DNA of 50,726 nt, filler included, from Jimgerdemannia flammicorona (GCA_003990765.1; 2 parts of 2 records of this genome joined end to end with filler, not necessarily neighbours in it); one strand, 5' to 3'. Counted from the whole stretch's first letter, positions 1 to 12,099 are shown. Numbers and translations: made by a program. The notes: generated by a model not told the origin, from the sequence alone.

Positions 1-288
1 GCGGAGGAACATGGGGAGGTCGGCGCGGGGGAGGTCGGCGCGGAGGAACATGGGGAGGTCGGCGCGGGGGAGGTCGGCGCGGAGGAACACGGGGAGGTCG
101 GCGCGGAGGACGAAATGGAGGTTGGCGCGGAGGAGGTCGGCCCAGAGGAGGATATGGAGGAGGAGGATATAGAGGAAAGCGGTTCGGAATATATGGAGGA
201 AGATGGTTCGGAATATGAGAAGGAGGAGGATCAGTTGGTTTATAGCGATGAAGAGGAGGATCAGTTGGTTTATAGCGATGAAGAGTAA
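1..288 (+). CDS. 3' end of an acidic repeat-rich ORF (AEEHGEVG repeats ... EEDQLVYSDEE*) within the transposon; start outside window
   Basis: Frame 1 open to TAA at 286-288; followed by a GTAAGT...CTTAG intron-like segment. Confidence 0.4.
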   Translation, partial: AEEHGEVGAGEVGAEEHGEVGAGEVGAEEHGEVGAEDEMEVGAEEVGPEEDMEEEDIEESGSEYMEEDGSEYEKEEDQLVYSDEEEDQLVYSDEE

Positions 289-444
289 GATCTGTTCACA
301 CCGGTAAGTTCTTTATTTTCCTGATTTACTTCCTATTTATTTCCGATTTCATTTTGATTTCTGATTCCTAATTATGTTTCTGTTTGTTTATTCTAAATAT
401 ATCTTAGATGTGCAATATATTTTTTTTGGTGCCTTGTAGCTTAA

Positions 445-730
445 AGGCGGATTAAAGACGGGTCTGTGTCGGGTTAAATACGGGTCGGGTCACGTATATT
501 TCTCGGGTCGGGTCACGTATATTTCTCGGGTTGGGTTAAAGACGGGTTACGTATAATTCCGGGTCGGGTTAAAGACGGGTGACGTACGTTTCCAGGTCGG
601 GTTAAAGATGGGTGACGTATTATTCCGGGTCGGGTTAAAGACGGGTGACGTATAATTCCGGGTCGGGTTAAAGACGGGTGACGTATAATTCCGGGTCGGG
701 TTAAATATGTACACGGGTCGGCTCGGGTTG
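445..730. repeat. Tandem ~33-bp subterminal repeats (CGGGTCGGGTTAAAGACGGGTGACGTATAATTC)
   Basis: Directly visible near-identical units without unique spacers. Confidence 0.9.
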
Positions 731-740
731 CGATGCACTA

Positions 741-1557
741 AGCACAGCAAGTAGCCCTCATGCCCTTCAGCCTACGAGGCCCTGCCAGAGCAGCATTCAC
801 AGCCACAACCCATGCAGAAAATGATGCTGATGCCATACTGACAGCACAGAAGACCTGGCTCTGAAATACATATTACATAGATGAGATCAAGCAAGCCTTG
901 AAGGATCAGCTCAATACATTATGCCAAAGAATGAGTGAGGATCCAAACACATTCTATACCAGAATTCGATATTAGATAATCCTTACAGATTATGCTGCTG
1001 CTATCCGAGATCAAGTAGCCAAAGCAACCTTCATGAAAGGAGTCTATCCAGAAATAGCCATGGCCATCCTCTCATCACCAGTGATTCTGGATCTGCCACA
1101 GAAGGTCACCTATGCTCAGTGATACTGGATAGCCAGACACCCACAAGACTATACAATGGAGAGAGTTACAGGAGTCAGAATCGAGGCACCCAAGGCAACC
1201 AGTGTAATCCCCACCACAATGATCAATCGAAACACACCTCAGCCAAAAGCTACAGAGCAGCAAAAGAATGGTGACCCTATGGAGGAACTTGCCAAAAGGT
1301 TTGCTGAAATGACTGTCCACCTGGGAGATATAGTAAAGGAAATCCGAGGAAGAGATCGCCACCCTATTCAGAAGTTTGCCGCCACCTCAGACAAGAAGAA
1401 AGATACCTGCTATAGCTGTGGAGAAGAAGGCCACTACTCCTATGAATGTATGAGTGAAACCAAATGCAAGGCTCAACCAAGCAATGCCACACAAAACAAG
1501 GAGCAGGCCAATACAATCACCTTTGAAGAAATCAGAGAATCCAATAAAGAGGAATGA
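741..1557 (+). pseudogene. gag: Gag with CCHC zinc knuckle
   Basis: CYSCGEEGHYSYEC; capsid-like helical region upstream with in-frame stops. Confidence 0.9.
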
Positions 1558-1881
1558 GAGGCCTATCCTGCTCAGACCACTAAGAAGGATGCTCGCAAAG
1601 AACCCTACAAGAGACCGCCAGGAAGACCCAAGAAGAACCCAGTGGAAAAGTGGATGGAAACTGCCACAGAAAGCCAAGTTGAAGAGATGGACCAAGATAT
1701 TGAGCTGGAGCAAGCAGTTCTAGATATCATCTGAGGAACCACTCCAGCCAGTGAAGGAGAAAAAGAAAAGAAGCTTTGCAAGATCAAGACCTTCAAGTAT
1801 GATATCTTCAAGGATCTCAGTCAACAAAAGGTCAATGCAACCTTTGGTCAGCTTACAGAAATCCCAACATTCAGACAGCAA

Positions 1882-2380
1882 ATGACGTTTGGACTTGCCA
1901 AAACAACCAAGGAACAAGGATGGAAGATAACTGAGACCAATAATGTTCAAGAGGACTCAGGAGAAGAAAGTGAGGACAATCACAAAACCTCTGCTTATGC
2001 AATATGCCAAATCGAAGATAGAACCTTTGAAGCCATCATTGATATGGGAGCAGGAGAATGTCTCCTCAGTAAGAAGGCAGCAGACTACCTAGGTTGGGAT
2101 GTAGAAGAAGCAACTAAGCTAGTATTCATCACAGCCGATAGCACAAGAGCCACACCTCTGGGAAAGATCCGAGATATTCCCATCAAGATTGGAGGAGCAA
2201 CAATCCCAGTAGATATAATCGTAACCAATGCCACTAACTATGACATCCTCATTGGCAATCAATGGCTTCACAAAGCCAAGGCGGTAATTGATCTCAATGC
2301 TCAGAAGATGCAGATCACCTACTGGGGACAGAAGATATAAATTCCCATCAACATCAACAAAGGAGTCCTGCCTGATATGG
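1882..2380 (+). pseudogene. Retropepsin aspartic protease
   Basis: FEAIIDMGAGECLLS (D[T>M]GA) and YDILIGNQWL motifs. Confidence 0.9.
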
Positions 2381-2689
2381 AGGAAGAAAAGAGTGAGCAA
2401 GAGGAAGCTTATATGGTGACTACTCCAAAGAAGAAGAAAGTTGGATGGATGAGTGAAGAAGAATGGTACAAGAAGATTGCAGAAGGCTATGCCCCACAAG
2501 GAGTCTGTCCTCATGGAATCAAATGTACTATATAGAGTATATCAATGATTGCTACCAGTGCACTATCAGAACCAAGAAGATCTACCAGAAAAGAAGGCAG
2601 AAAGCTCTCGAAAAACAGATCAGGGAAGAAGAGAAGGAGGAAGATGATGAACCACCAGCCATCCTAAAGGACAGTGATGATGAAGAAGA

Positions 2690-3125
2690 AATCAAGGTCA
2701 AGATTCGAAAGATCCACCCTGATACAGTCTTAGCAGAATACAAGTCAGAAAATGCAGCTGAAATGGATATCACTATAGTAGAAGAAACTGTACTCAAACC
2801 CCAGACAACCACCCTACTCGCAACTGGACTGGAGATGATCATCCCAAAGAATCATGTCAGGATTCTCAAGACAAGAAGCAGTCTGGCTAGAAGCGAAATC
2901 ACAATCAAAGGAGGAGTCATTGATTCAGACTATACTGGAGAAATTCTACTTATTACTAGAAACTACAATCCTACAGTTCCATTCCCAGTCAAGAAGAAGG
3001 ACTGATTGGCACAGATGTTAATCTTCCCAATTATACAGCTAAGGATCATAGAAGTCAAGAATCTGGAGGAAACAAAAAGAGGAAAGAAAGGATTCAGATC
3101 CACAGAAAGAGGAGTATTTGCCAGC
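2690..3125 (+). pseudogene. dUTPase domain of pol, between protease and RT
   Basis: AAEMD, RSSLA, GGVIDSDYTGEI, AQMLI and RGKKGFRST match the five trimeric dUTPase motifs. Confidence 0.92.
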
Positions 3126-3279
3126 ACCAAGATCACCGAACTTGAGCATAAGAAGGAGAAAAACATGAGCAAGTATAGTTATACCATTGGAGACGAATTT
3201 CCACTCAAGGAGGAACTCAATAAAATACTCCACAAATTTGAGGATGTCCTTGCCACAGATAGTGCTCCAAATGAATGGA

Positions 3280-3485
3280 GTTGATCCGGATGAGATTCAA
3301 TTCAGATTCATCATATAATGGATTTGAATCAACTTGAATTGGTCTCGTGATCTGATCCAGATTGATCCAGATTGATTCGGATTGATCCATCCAGATTGAT
3401 CCATCCAGATTGATCCATCCAGATGATTCATCTGGATGATCCATCTGGATTGACCCATCCGGATTGATCCATTCAGATTGAAATC
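3280..3485. repeat. hAT left subterminal repeats (GATCCATCCAGATT-like)
   Basis: Short tandem motifs next to the TIR. Confidence 0.85.
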
Positions 3486-4194
3486 TTTGGTGACGTCACC
3501 CTTTTTTTTGTTCATTTCGCTCTTGTTTTTTTTTTTCTGCCGCACTTTGGTGACATCACCCTTTCCTTTGTTCCCTCTCTTTTCTTTGTTCTTTTCCTTT
3601 GTTCTTTCCTGCTGCATCACAAGCAAACAAAACAGCAGCCCTTAATTCGTATGTTGGTCCAGTCTACTCATTTTTTACCCTACAATAATCATCAAAAGAG
3701 GGAGTATTCGAGGTGGAAATGCACTCTCTGCTGACAATGTTAGATTCTTTCTCATATGGATAGCACACAAGCTACTCATCAAGAGCCAAAGGGGTGATGG
3801 TGGTGGCAGTGGTGATGGCGATGGCAGGGATGAGGGAGAATTCTGGCAATAACTCATGATAGCCCTTCGGACCTCAGAATTCACAGACCTCACAGCTATG
3901 TATGTGGCAGCCTTTTTGGAGCAGCTGATAGTAGATGTAGGTTGCTCACTCGACCACCACTTGTTTACTTGTGTTTATTTATTTAAACTTCCCCAGCACA
4001 ACCCAATTCACCTCATGCTTTTCTTAGGGTCCACAGCTCTATGGCGAGATCTGCCGACTTTATTCACAATATCTGGTCAAGATGAAGAAAGGCTGGTAGA
4101 TGTTGCAGGGCATGCCTTTAGTGGCTGAGCTGTTGAGTCAATGCATTATGTGGCAGAGGTCTCAAAAGGAACAGAAGCAAGCCTTCATGAGCAA

Positions 4195-4410
4195 TTCTTG
4201 TGCAACTCATGCAACTCATTGGCATGCAACTCATCAGTATGCAGCTCACTCACTCACACTCTTTTTCTGAAATACCCCCTAAAAAACACCTACACAAACA
4301 TGCAACCCACATGCAATCCGTCCGCATGCAACCCGCCCGCCTGTATGTAACCCGCCTGCATGCAACCCACCCGCAACCCGCCCACACGCAACCTGCCCGC
4401 ATGCAACCCA
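4195..4410 (+). repeat. CATGCAAC(C/T)C micro-repeat array inside the hAT
   Basis: Repeated CATGCAACTC / CATGCAACCC units. Confidence 0.75.
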
Positions 4411-4437
4411 TCCGCATACTTATCTCGGTCCCTCAGA

Positions 4438-5677
4438 TCAGGGCTCAGTTCCATTGGAAAGGAGAGTTCAAAGTTACCAGAGTTCAACCATGTCCAGTAT
4501 CTGATCAAATAGAGAAATTCAAGGGCAAGATGTTCAGCATGAGCAGTACCAGCATCGTCATCAAGGCTTGGGGGTCTACATTCGAATCAGAGCCAATCAT
4601 ACTTGACCAAGGGGTCCATTGGCCAGCAGGAGTAACCAACGATGAAGAGAACCATATCTTTATTAATGAACATGGAGAGGTGGTTGTGATGGTGGTAAGG
4701 AACCTCTACGGTGACAAGCTTTGCCACCACATTAACAAGATTTGTGAGGATTGCGTCAAATACTGGGTGGCAGGGAAGAGGGGGCGAAAAAAGCAAGGAG
4801 GGGGGTTTTGGACGGGAATTGGGTATACTGCAACACTGGCGAAGGGTGGGTTCCGAAATCCCCCACACTTGTCTCCCTTTTTTTTTAACCCCTCCCCAGA
4901 TAAATCATACTCTTCGCCGACATACTCTTTTTGATACAATTCCAGAGATGCATATGATTCTGTACCCCAACCAGAACTTTAGAAGTGCCATTGAAGAGCA
5001 AACTGCGCACGAGCACGACATGGCCTGTATCGTGATGGCAGCTATGATCTGGGGTTCTTTGAGCAGATTGGTAGAGCATACGGCAGGCCAGCTTGGTGGT
5101 GATCTCGGCACAGCTGTACGTACATTCTTGGTGCAATTTAGCATGCCGTATGAGGTGAGGAGCTCTGCTTTTTCGGAGTGCTGCAGCCTGGGGGGCTTCT
5201 GTGGCCCGGGGGGTTTCTGCCCCCTGAACACAAAAAGGACTGACTGGTTGCTGTCCGTTTTGGCAGGTTTCCAAGCCGGGGCTCCCGGAGCTGGACCAAG
5301 GGCAGGCATCCACCAGCACAGCCTGGCAGTATGAGATCCTGGGCCAAGGGTTCACCCAATCGTATGCTTACGTCACATCAGGATATGTCGGGCGCAACCT
5401 TTCTCTGCCCACACACACAGACAACAACGTCACCCCGGTAATGTTTTACATCCCAAAAAGGAAGGGCCCAACCTGAGAGGATAGCAGCGGAGTCTGGTAT
5501 GACCTCACCTATAGTTCCAGGGTCCCATTTGCGGCCAACATGGCCATCCTATTCCAACCACATGACCACCACAGCACTGTCGCCTTTGAGGAGAGCTCAG
5601 ACACAACAGTCATCGCACTCACAATGGATGACAGACTCATCAAGGCCTGGGACCAGTGGGTGGAGCAGTTTTTGTGA
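4438..5677 (+). pseudogene. Spliced 2OG-Fe(II) dioxygenase-like (TET/JBP-like) cargo gene
   Basis: Putative introns ~4845-4899 and ~5155-5267 (GT..CTGAC..CAG). The last exon reads ...GRNLSLPTHTDNNVTPVMFYIP...GVWYDLTYSSRVPFAANMAILFQPHDHHSTVAFEESSDTTVIALTM, giving HxD at 5414-5422 and distal His at ~5567-5572. One internal TGA; start uncertain. Confidence 0.55.
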
Positions 5678-5949
5678 GGGTTAGGCAATCTTTCGTGAGG
5701 ATTAGGTAGCCATTTTGTGCAGGTTGGGCAGTCTTATGTGGGGGGGTTGGGCTGGGCACCTCTTATGTAGCACTAGCTTAGCCATTATGCAGGGCCCTAC
5801 TGGCCCCTCGGCCCTGCTCTGTAGTGCCGCTGATGCAGCGCTGCAGCATAGGGCCGGGGTGCCCGTGGGACCCGAACCGGTGACTTCGACCGCTGGAAAT
5901 GCCCACTAACCACCAGAAGCACCCTCCAACCGCCAGAAGCACCCTCTAC

Positions 5950-6320
5950 TCTGGACTCCTTGGCAGCTTGGGGCTGCCCCTATGCCACTGGTGGAGGGCT
6001 GCAAATTTTGCATGCTCCCTCCACCTGCCCCGCCTGCCAACTGACCCCACCCACTGACCCGGGTGCTGACAGCTTGGGGCTGCCCCTTACTGCTGGTGGA
6101 GGGCTGCAAATTTTGCGCGCTCCCTCCGCCTCCCCCCCCGACCCAGACACTTGCGGCTTGGGGCTGCCCCTTGCTGCCGGCGGAGGGCCACAAATTTTGC
6201 GTGCTCCCTCCGCTGACCCGCCCACCAACCCACCCACCGACCCAGGCACTGGCAGCTTGGGGCTGCCCCTTGCTACTGGCTGAGGGCCACAAATATTGCA
6301 TGCTCCCTCCCCTGCCGCTG
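5950..6320. repeat. Four GC-rich ~90-100-bp tandem repeats (GGCAGCTTGGGGCTGCCCC...)
   Basis: Units start near 5960, 6069, 6151 and 6250, between two convergent genes. Confidence 0.9.
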
Positions 6321-6449
6321 CCGCCAACCCCACCCCACATTGGCCGCAAACTCCGGGCCGAGTCCTCAGATTTTTTTTCCTTTTTATTAATTTGAAAGGT
6401 ATTAAATATTCCACAAGGCCAACCAACTTATCCGCGGATCCACCGAATT

Positions 6450-9130
6450 TTAGCGGCCCGAGCCCCACCAAGACTTCAGACACATACATGCCCAGATTGT
6501 CTCAGCATTCAGTGCACACCTCTTTGGGGCAACGAGGTCCACCCCACCTGAGAACACCCGCTCGACGGGAGTGCTGGAGGCAGGAATCGCTAGGTAGTTC
6601 TGAGCCATATCACACAGGCTGGGGAAGTCCATTTGATGCAGCTGCATGCCCCAGTGGGTAGAGCGGTGGTTAGTTTGGTGGGTTAAATTGGCCCAATACC
6701 TGCCTGATAACCCACCTTCCACCAGTTGAGCACCTCTGTGCCCTCCAGCAGGACTATGTGGTTGCTGGCGAGGTAAATGGTAAGTTCGTCTATTGATGGC
6801 AGCTCTTCTACTGATGGCTCCCTTTTCCTCTTTCTGCCGAAGTAAATGTGGGACAGGAGGGATCTCTCAGCATATTCATCTGGACTTTGGCCAGAACCTT
6901 GCGGCGGTGTGTAGTTTTTCCAGTACACTTCAATTATGGCCTGTTTGGTTCTCTCAATGAAGTGCTGCTCCCAGCCCTGATCTTTATGGTATTGTAGCTT
7001 TAAGCGTGGGTCCAGCACTATTCGAAGAAAAGGAGAGTGAGTTTTTGTGGAGTTTCCTCTGTTTTGGAAGGAGCAATGGCCACATGCTGACATTGACATA
7101 CCTGTACTGATTGAGTATATGGCGGTATCTGTTTGAGTGTAGTATTTTCTAAGCTTGCTTAGAGCAACCTCCATGGTGTCTCTCTGATCCGGGCTTAACT
7201 GTAAATCACTGCAACCCTCCAGCCTGTCCTCAAGCTTGTCCTCTAGCTAGTCAATCAGAAGGTTGTATACTGATATTGCAGAGCTTATTGTCGGGGTCGT
7301 TTGTTTAACTATATCCTTCGTACAATTGTCGAAACACTGGCAGTTATATGTGATGAGGTGTTGTACTATGCGAAGGCAGACAAAATGAGTGTAGAGCCAG
7401 GGCAACTACCACTTACTTCCAAAACACTGACAATATTCCTAAGTACATCCCACTCACTTTCACTTAGAGCCTCAGCCCGTATTTCCTTATTGGCAGCCAT
7501 CATTGAATCTATTGGCTTTTTTTTTTTTTTTAAAAATAAATCTTCCATCATCCGAAATAGTTGCTTCAGCCGGCTGAAGAAAAAAAGGATGCATACCACA
7601 GCAAACTCCAGCGCACACTGGATCATTGCAAATGTTGAGTTTCAATGTATACAGACATCCAATATAAGCTCTTCGGGGCTAAACTGATTGCCCTACACTG
7701 CATAGCGAATTTGTCTCATCGTTGTGGGGATGATCAGACTGACACAACCAGTTTGCGCAGCTTGGAAATTATACTCAGGGCCCCTCCTCTCTCAGTTGTT
7801 TTGTCTACATGCATAAGATAGTCCTGAACAGCGAGGTTCAGTATGTGGGCCTGGCATCGCACACAGCAGCTTTCTGCACTGAAGGCCACATTTTCCTATT
7901 TGAGGCTGGCCACTAAACCTTGGAAAAATATTGAGTTGTTTGTGGTATTGTCCGTCGTAATGGCCAAAATCTGTACTTGAAATATTTGGTTGACAAATTT
8001 ATGTGAAAATAAGTAACCAATAAAATCTGGTTTGGTTTAGGACCTTCCTCAAAATGCCGACCTGACAGCAAGCCCCCCTTTTTTACCTTGGTGGTGATCC
8101 CAAGCTCCTGGATACAACTAATAAAAGTATCTGTAATGTTGTCTCCAGAATGAAGGCCAGCAAGTTTGATGAAGTCAAGGGTGAGAGATTTAAGCTGTCA
8201 ATCGAGGTCAATCCAATGACCAGTAATACTCAGAAATGAAATTGCATTGGGAGATGTCCATGTGTCGATCGTAAATAAAATTTTGTCTGCCGAATTCTGC
8301 TTATTGGATGTGAGGTTAAATTGGTGAGCTCTTTTGTATAATTCAGCTTGCAAAGGTCATGGTGCTGCCCTTATTTTACCTGAAGTATCTGGCAGAGATT
8401 GTCATGCTCCTTCCTATAGGCCTCCAGGACATCTTTGTGAATAGTATCGGCACTTGGCAAATATAAATCGTGCTTGAGGAGGCCAAAGATGCTATGCAAT
8501 TGATCACTCTCGATGGTTGTGAATGGCTGGTTTGTACACACAATCCAGCAAATAAGCCGATTTCGAAATTCTGCTGAAGAGTATGGCTAAAATTTTTGAT
8601 TAAATGGCGTTGTTGGTACAGAAATGGCCAGGCAATCGGATAAATATATCCACCACAGCTTGGATGTTGATTTTATTTGTCTCTGTGTTCTTTTTGATTT
8701 GGTCAGAGTGCTTGTCTTTTATGTGTCGATTCATGTTCGAAGTCGTATCCCCAAGCATTTTGAACTTCTGGCTGGTGCAGTTCATGGGGGTAGATGAAAC
8801 AATATCATGTGTGTATCAAAACAATATCATGTGTATCAAAACAAAGTGTCAATAGGTGTGTCTTAATTTTTTACCTGCAATAATTACAAATAACATCATC
8901 TCCTATCTTAGTACAATGTTGTCAGATTTTGGAGTGAGGATTGCATGGAAGGTGTAGAACTATCAGAGATGTTTGACTTGAAGCATTATCAGTACTGTGA
9001 ACTATTGAAGACTGATCTGTTGACATGTGTGTTTGTGTATTTGCATGTGTATGTATGTTTGTGTGTTATGTTGTGGACATGTCCAGCATATGAGTCATGT
9101 GGAGGATTTGGATTGGAGGATTTGGTTGAA
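6450..9130 (-). pseudogene. hAT transposase, intron-containing, with BED zinc finger and C-terminal dimerisation domain
   Basis: KI*QHC..VICNYC/..TSNMNRHIKDKH (BED), FTIDTWTS, AITTDN, CQAHILNLAVQ (CxxH), LDPRLK, IPASSTPVERVFS; several stops. Confidence 0.93.
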
Positions 9131-9520
9131 GGATTCAGATGAGGATTCAGATTGAAGGATTCAAATTGGAGGATTCAAATTGAAGGATTCGAATTGGAGG
9201 ATTCGAATTGAGTGATTCGGATTGAGTGATTCAGATTGAGTGATTCGGATTGAGTGATTCAGATTGAGTGATTCGGATTGGAGTGGTTCGGATGGGTGAT
9301 TCGGATGGGTGATTCAGATGGGGTGATTCGGATGGGGTGATTCGGATTGAGTGATTCGGATTGAGTGATTCGGATTGGGGTGGTTCAGATGGGTGATTCG
9401 GATGGGGTGATTCAGATGGGGCGATTCAGATGAAATCCGAGTTGATTTGGATGGCTTCAAATATGAGATTCAAATCAAACCATCATGTGATGAATCGAAT
9501 CCAGATTTGATTCGAATTGA
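9130..9520. repeat. hAT right subterminal repeats (GTGATTCGGATTGA-like)
   Basis: About 20 copies of a 13-15-bp motif. Confidence 0.9.
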
Positions 9521-9544
9521 CTCATTCGGAGCACTAGCCATAGA

Positions 9545-10913
9545 TTTCAAGGATATCAAGAGAAAGACCCCACACTACTATCATGAGGTAGATACTGGAG
9601 ACACTGAACCAATTTATCAGAAGGCAAGACCTGTCCTGCCAGCCTACTGAGAATGGCTCAGAGAAGAAATCAAGCAGATGGAAGAAGCCGGTATCATCAA
9701 AGAAGCCAGCAGCCCCTGGTCTTCACCAGTTGTACTAGCCCTGAAAAAAGGAAGCAAATCTGGAGAATTTGCCCCAAGGCTCTGTATCAACTACAGAAAG
9801 CTCAATGCAGTTACCAAGAAGGATTGCCAACCACTGCTGCTCATCAGTGACATTCTTATAACACTGGGAGATGAAGCAGAGTACTACAGCACCTTGGACT
9901 TATACTCAGGATTTCACCAAATCGGACTCACAGAGATGGCAAGTGAAAAGTCAGCCTTCATCACCCCAGACGGAACCTATATCTACCTATGAATGCCATT
10001 CGGAATGTGCAATGCACCAGCAAGCTTTTAGCAAATGATGAAAAAAATCTTCCACTATAACATGGGAAGATGGATGATGGTCTATGTTGATGATATAATT
10101 GTCTACAGCAAGACACCTGAGGAACATCTGCAGCACATACAGCAGATAATGGAGAGATTAAGACAACATGGCCTTTATATCAAACCCAAGAAGTACAAGT
10201 TTGCAGAAATCAAGATCATCTATCTTGGCCATATTATCAATCGAGATGGAACACACACAGACCCCCTCAAAATACAAGCAGTAGCAGTATACCCAAGGCC
10301 CACTACTGTTACAGAAGGTCAAGCCTTCATGGAACTTATCTCCTACTATCATAGATTCATTAGAGAATTCTCCAACATCACAGGTCCAATCTATGAACTC
10401 AACAAGAAGGATACCAAGTTCCAGTAGACTGGCAGACAACAAAAAGCATTTGACAAACTCAAGATCAGACTAACTCAGGCACCCATTCTCAGACAACCCA
10501 ATTGGACCTAAGAATTTATCCTTCAGATAGATGCAAGTGCACAGGGACTAGGAGCAGTCCTAGCTCAAAAAGAAGACAAAAAAGAGTATGTCATTGCATA
10601 TCTTAGCCGTGGAACCTGAGGGGCTGAAAAAGAATATGAGTCCTATAAGTTGGAATGCCTTGCAGTCATCTGGGCTGTGGAAAAGTTCCACTACTATCTG
10701 GCCGGAAGACACTTCACCATCCAGACAGACCATTCAGCTCTCACCTAGCTACTGAAAACTGGACAACCCAAGGGAATCTATGCCAGATAGATAACAAAGT
10801 TACAAGCCTATGATGTAACCATCATATACTGCCCTGGAAGAACAAATTCCAATGTAGATGCTCTCTCACAGACACCTTGAACTACCTCCAACCAACAAAT
10901 CAATCATGAATAA
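9545..10913 (+). pseudogene. pol: Gypsy reverse transcriptase and RNase H
   Basis: SPWSSPVV, RLCINYRKLN, LDLYSGFHQI, MPFG, YVDD, LQIDAS, LECLAVIWAV, TDHSAL, NVDALS. Confidence 0.95.
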
Positions 10914-12099
10914 GGAGCTCTACTATGGAATTATCACATACCTGGGACAGCAAAAGATGCCCCAACATCTGGAAGAATGGACACAAATAATTATCAACAG
11001 GACATGGAAACAATTCGAAACTGATAGAGAAACACTGAAGAAAGGAAAACTACTGGTCATACCAGAACACAAGAAGAAGCAAGTGATGAAATCAGTACAT
11101 GAACTTGGCCATCTAGGAGGAATGAATACATATGACAAGGCAAGAAGAACAATATGGTGGCCAGGGATGGAGGAAGATATCAGGCAATTTGTCAAGACAT
11201 GCGACAAATGCTAGAAACAGAAACAAGACCAATGGAATCAAGCCCCAGGATCAGCACACATAGAACTAGTACCATTTGCCCATATAGCAATAGATGTAAT
11301 CGGCCCTCTACCCTTGACCCTGACTGGTAACCAATATATCATTGTCATCGTAGACCTTTTTATAAAGTGGATAGAAGCAGGACCCCTCAAGGAAGCCAAT
11401 GCACAGTCAATCACTGATTTCTTCTACAAGGAAATCATCTGCCAGTTCAAGACCCCAACACAAGTAACTACAGATAGAGGAACAGAATTCATGAACTAGC
11501 TCTTTGAGGTTCTCTACAAGAAGTACATGATCCAGCACATTCGGACTATAGCCTATCACCCCTAAGGAAATAGATAAGTAGAAAGGACCAACAAAACTCT
11601 CAAGAATGTTATCACTAAGATCTGTAATAACTATGAGAACTGAGATCACTATCTGCCAATAGCATTATCTGCTCTCTGGGATATCCAACTACAAAGCACC
11701 CAGTTTACCCCTTGAGAAATACTGTTTGGAGAAGAATGTTCTCAAGGAACCCTATCATCCAATGGAGATGCTGTATGGAAACATGTGGACATGGAAATAC
11801 AGAGACTACACCAAATCAGAAAAAAGGCTGAGGATTATATAACCAAGGCGCAGATACTACAACAGAGGAATGTGGAAAAGACCCACAAGCCCTTAGAGAT
11901 TATCAAGATAGGAGACAAGGTCCTAGTGTATTGGAATATGGTAGAAGCTTCATGGTCACAAAAATTGGAGCCCAAGTAGGAAGGACCTTACCTTGTGCAA
12001 GATATAAAAGGGACCACCTTTTGGCTATGAAAACCCTCAGGCACAATAATCCCCACCACCATTCACCGAAACTGACTCAAGAAATATCATGGCCAGTAA
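10906..12099 (+). pseudogene. Gypsy integrase (HHCC, DDE core, GPY/F)
   Basis: HELGHLG..CDKC, AIDVIGP, TDRGTEF, ERTN, EGPY. Confidence 0.92.

Larger units (their letters stand above)
1..740. mobile_element. Terminal part of a DNA transposon (hAT-like end, ...GATGCACTA) inserted into Gypsy gag
   Basis: Ends in CACTA at 736-740, the same TAGTG-type terminus as the hAT at 3260/9536. Preceded by CpG-rich ~33-bp subterminal repeats. Gag-like sequence begins right after. The other end and TSD lie outside the window. Confidence 0.6.
3260..9536 (-). mobile_element. hAT DNA transposon with cargo, inserted in Gypsy pol
   Basis: TIR TAGTGCTCC(A/G)AATGA at both ends. 8-bp TSD GCCACAGA (3252-3259) / GCCATAGA (9537-9544). 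Removing it restores pol as ...EDVLATDFKDIKRK... Confidence 0.95.

Noticed and set aside
445..730. CRISPR-like regular repeats (also 5950-6320 and 9130-9520)
   Set aside because: Tandem units without unique spacers, no cas genes, eukaryotic TE context.
736..740. CACTA suggesting an En/Spm element
   Set aside because: CACTA is at the 3' terminus (element reads TAGTG...CACTA), as in the hAT with an 8-bp TSD; En/Spm elements start with CACTA.
5906..6489. Several overlapping 100-170-aa ORFs on both strands
   Set aside because: By-products of GC-rich tandem repeats.
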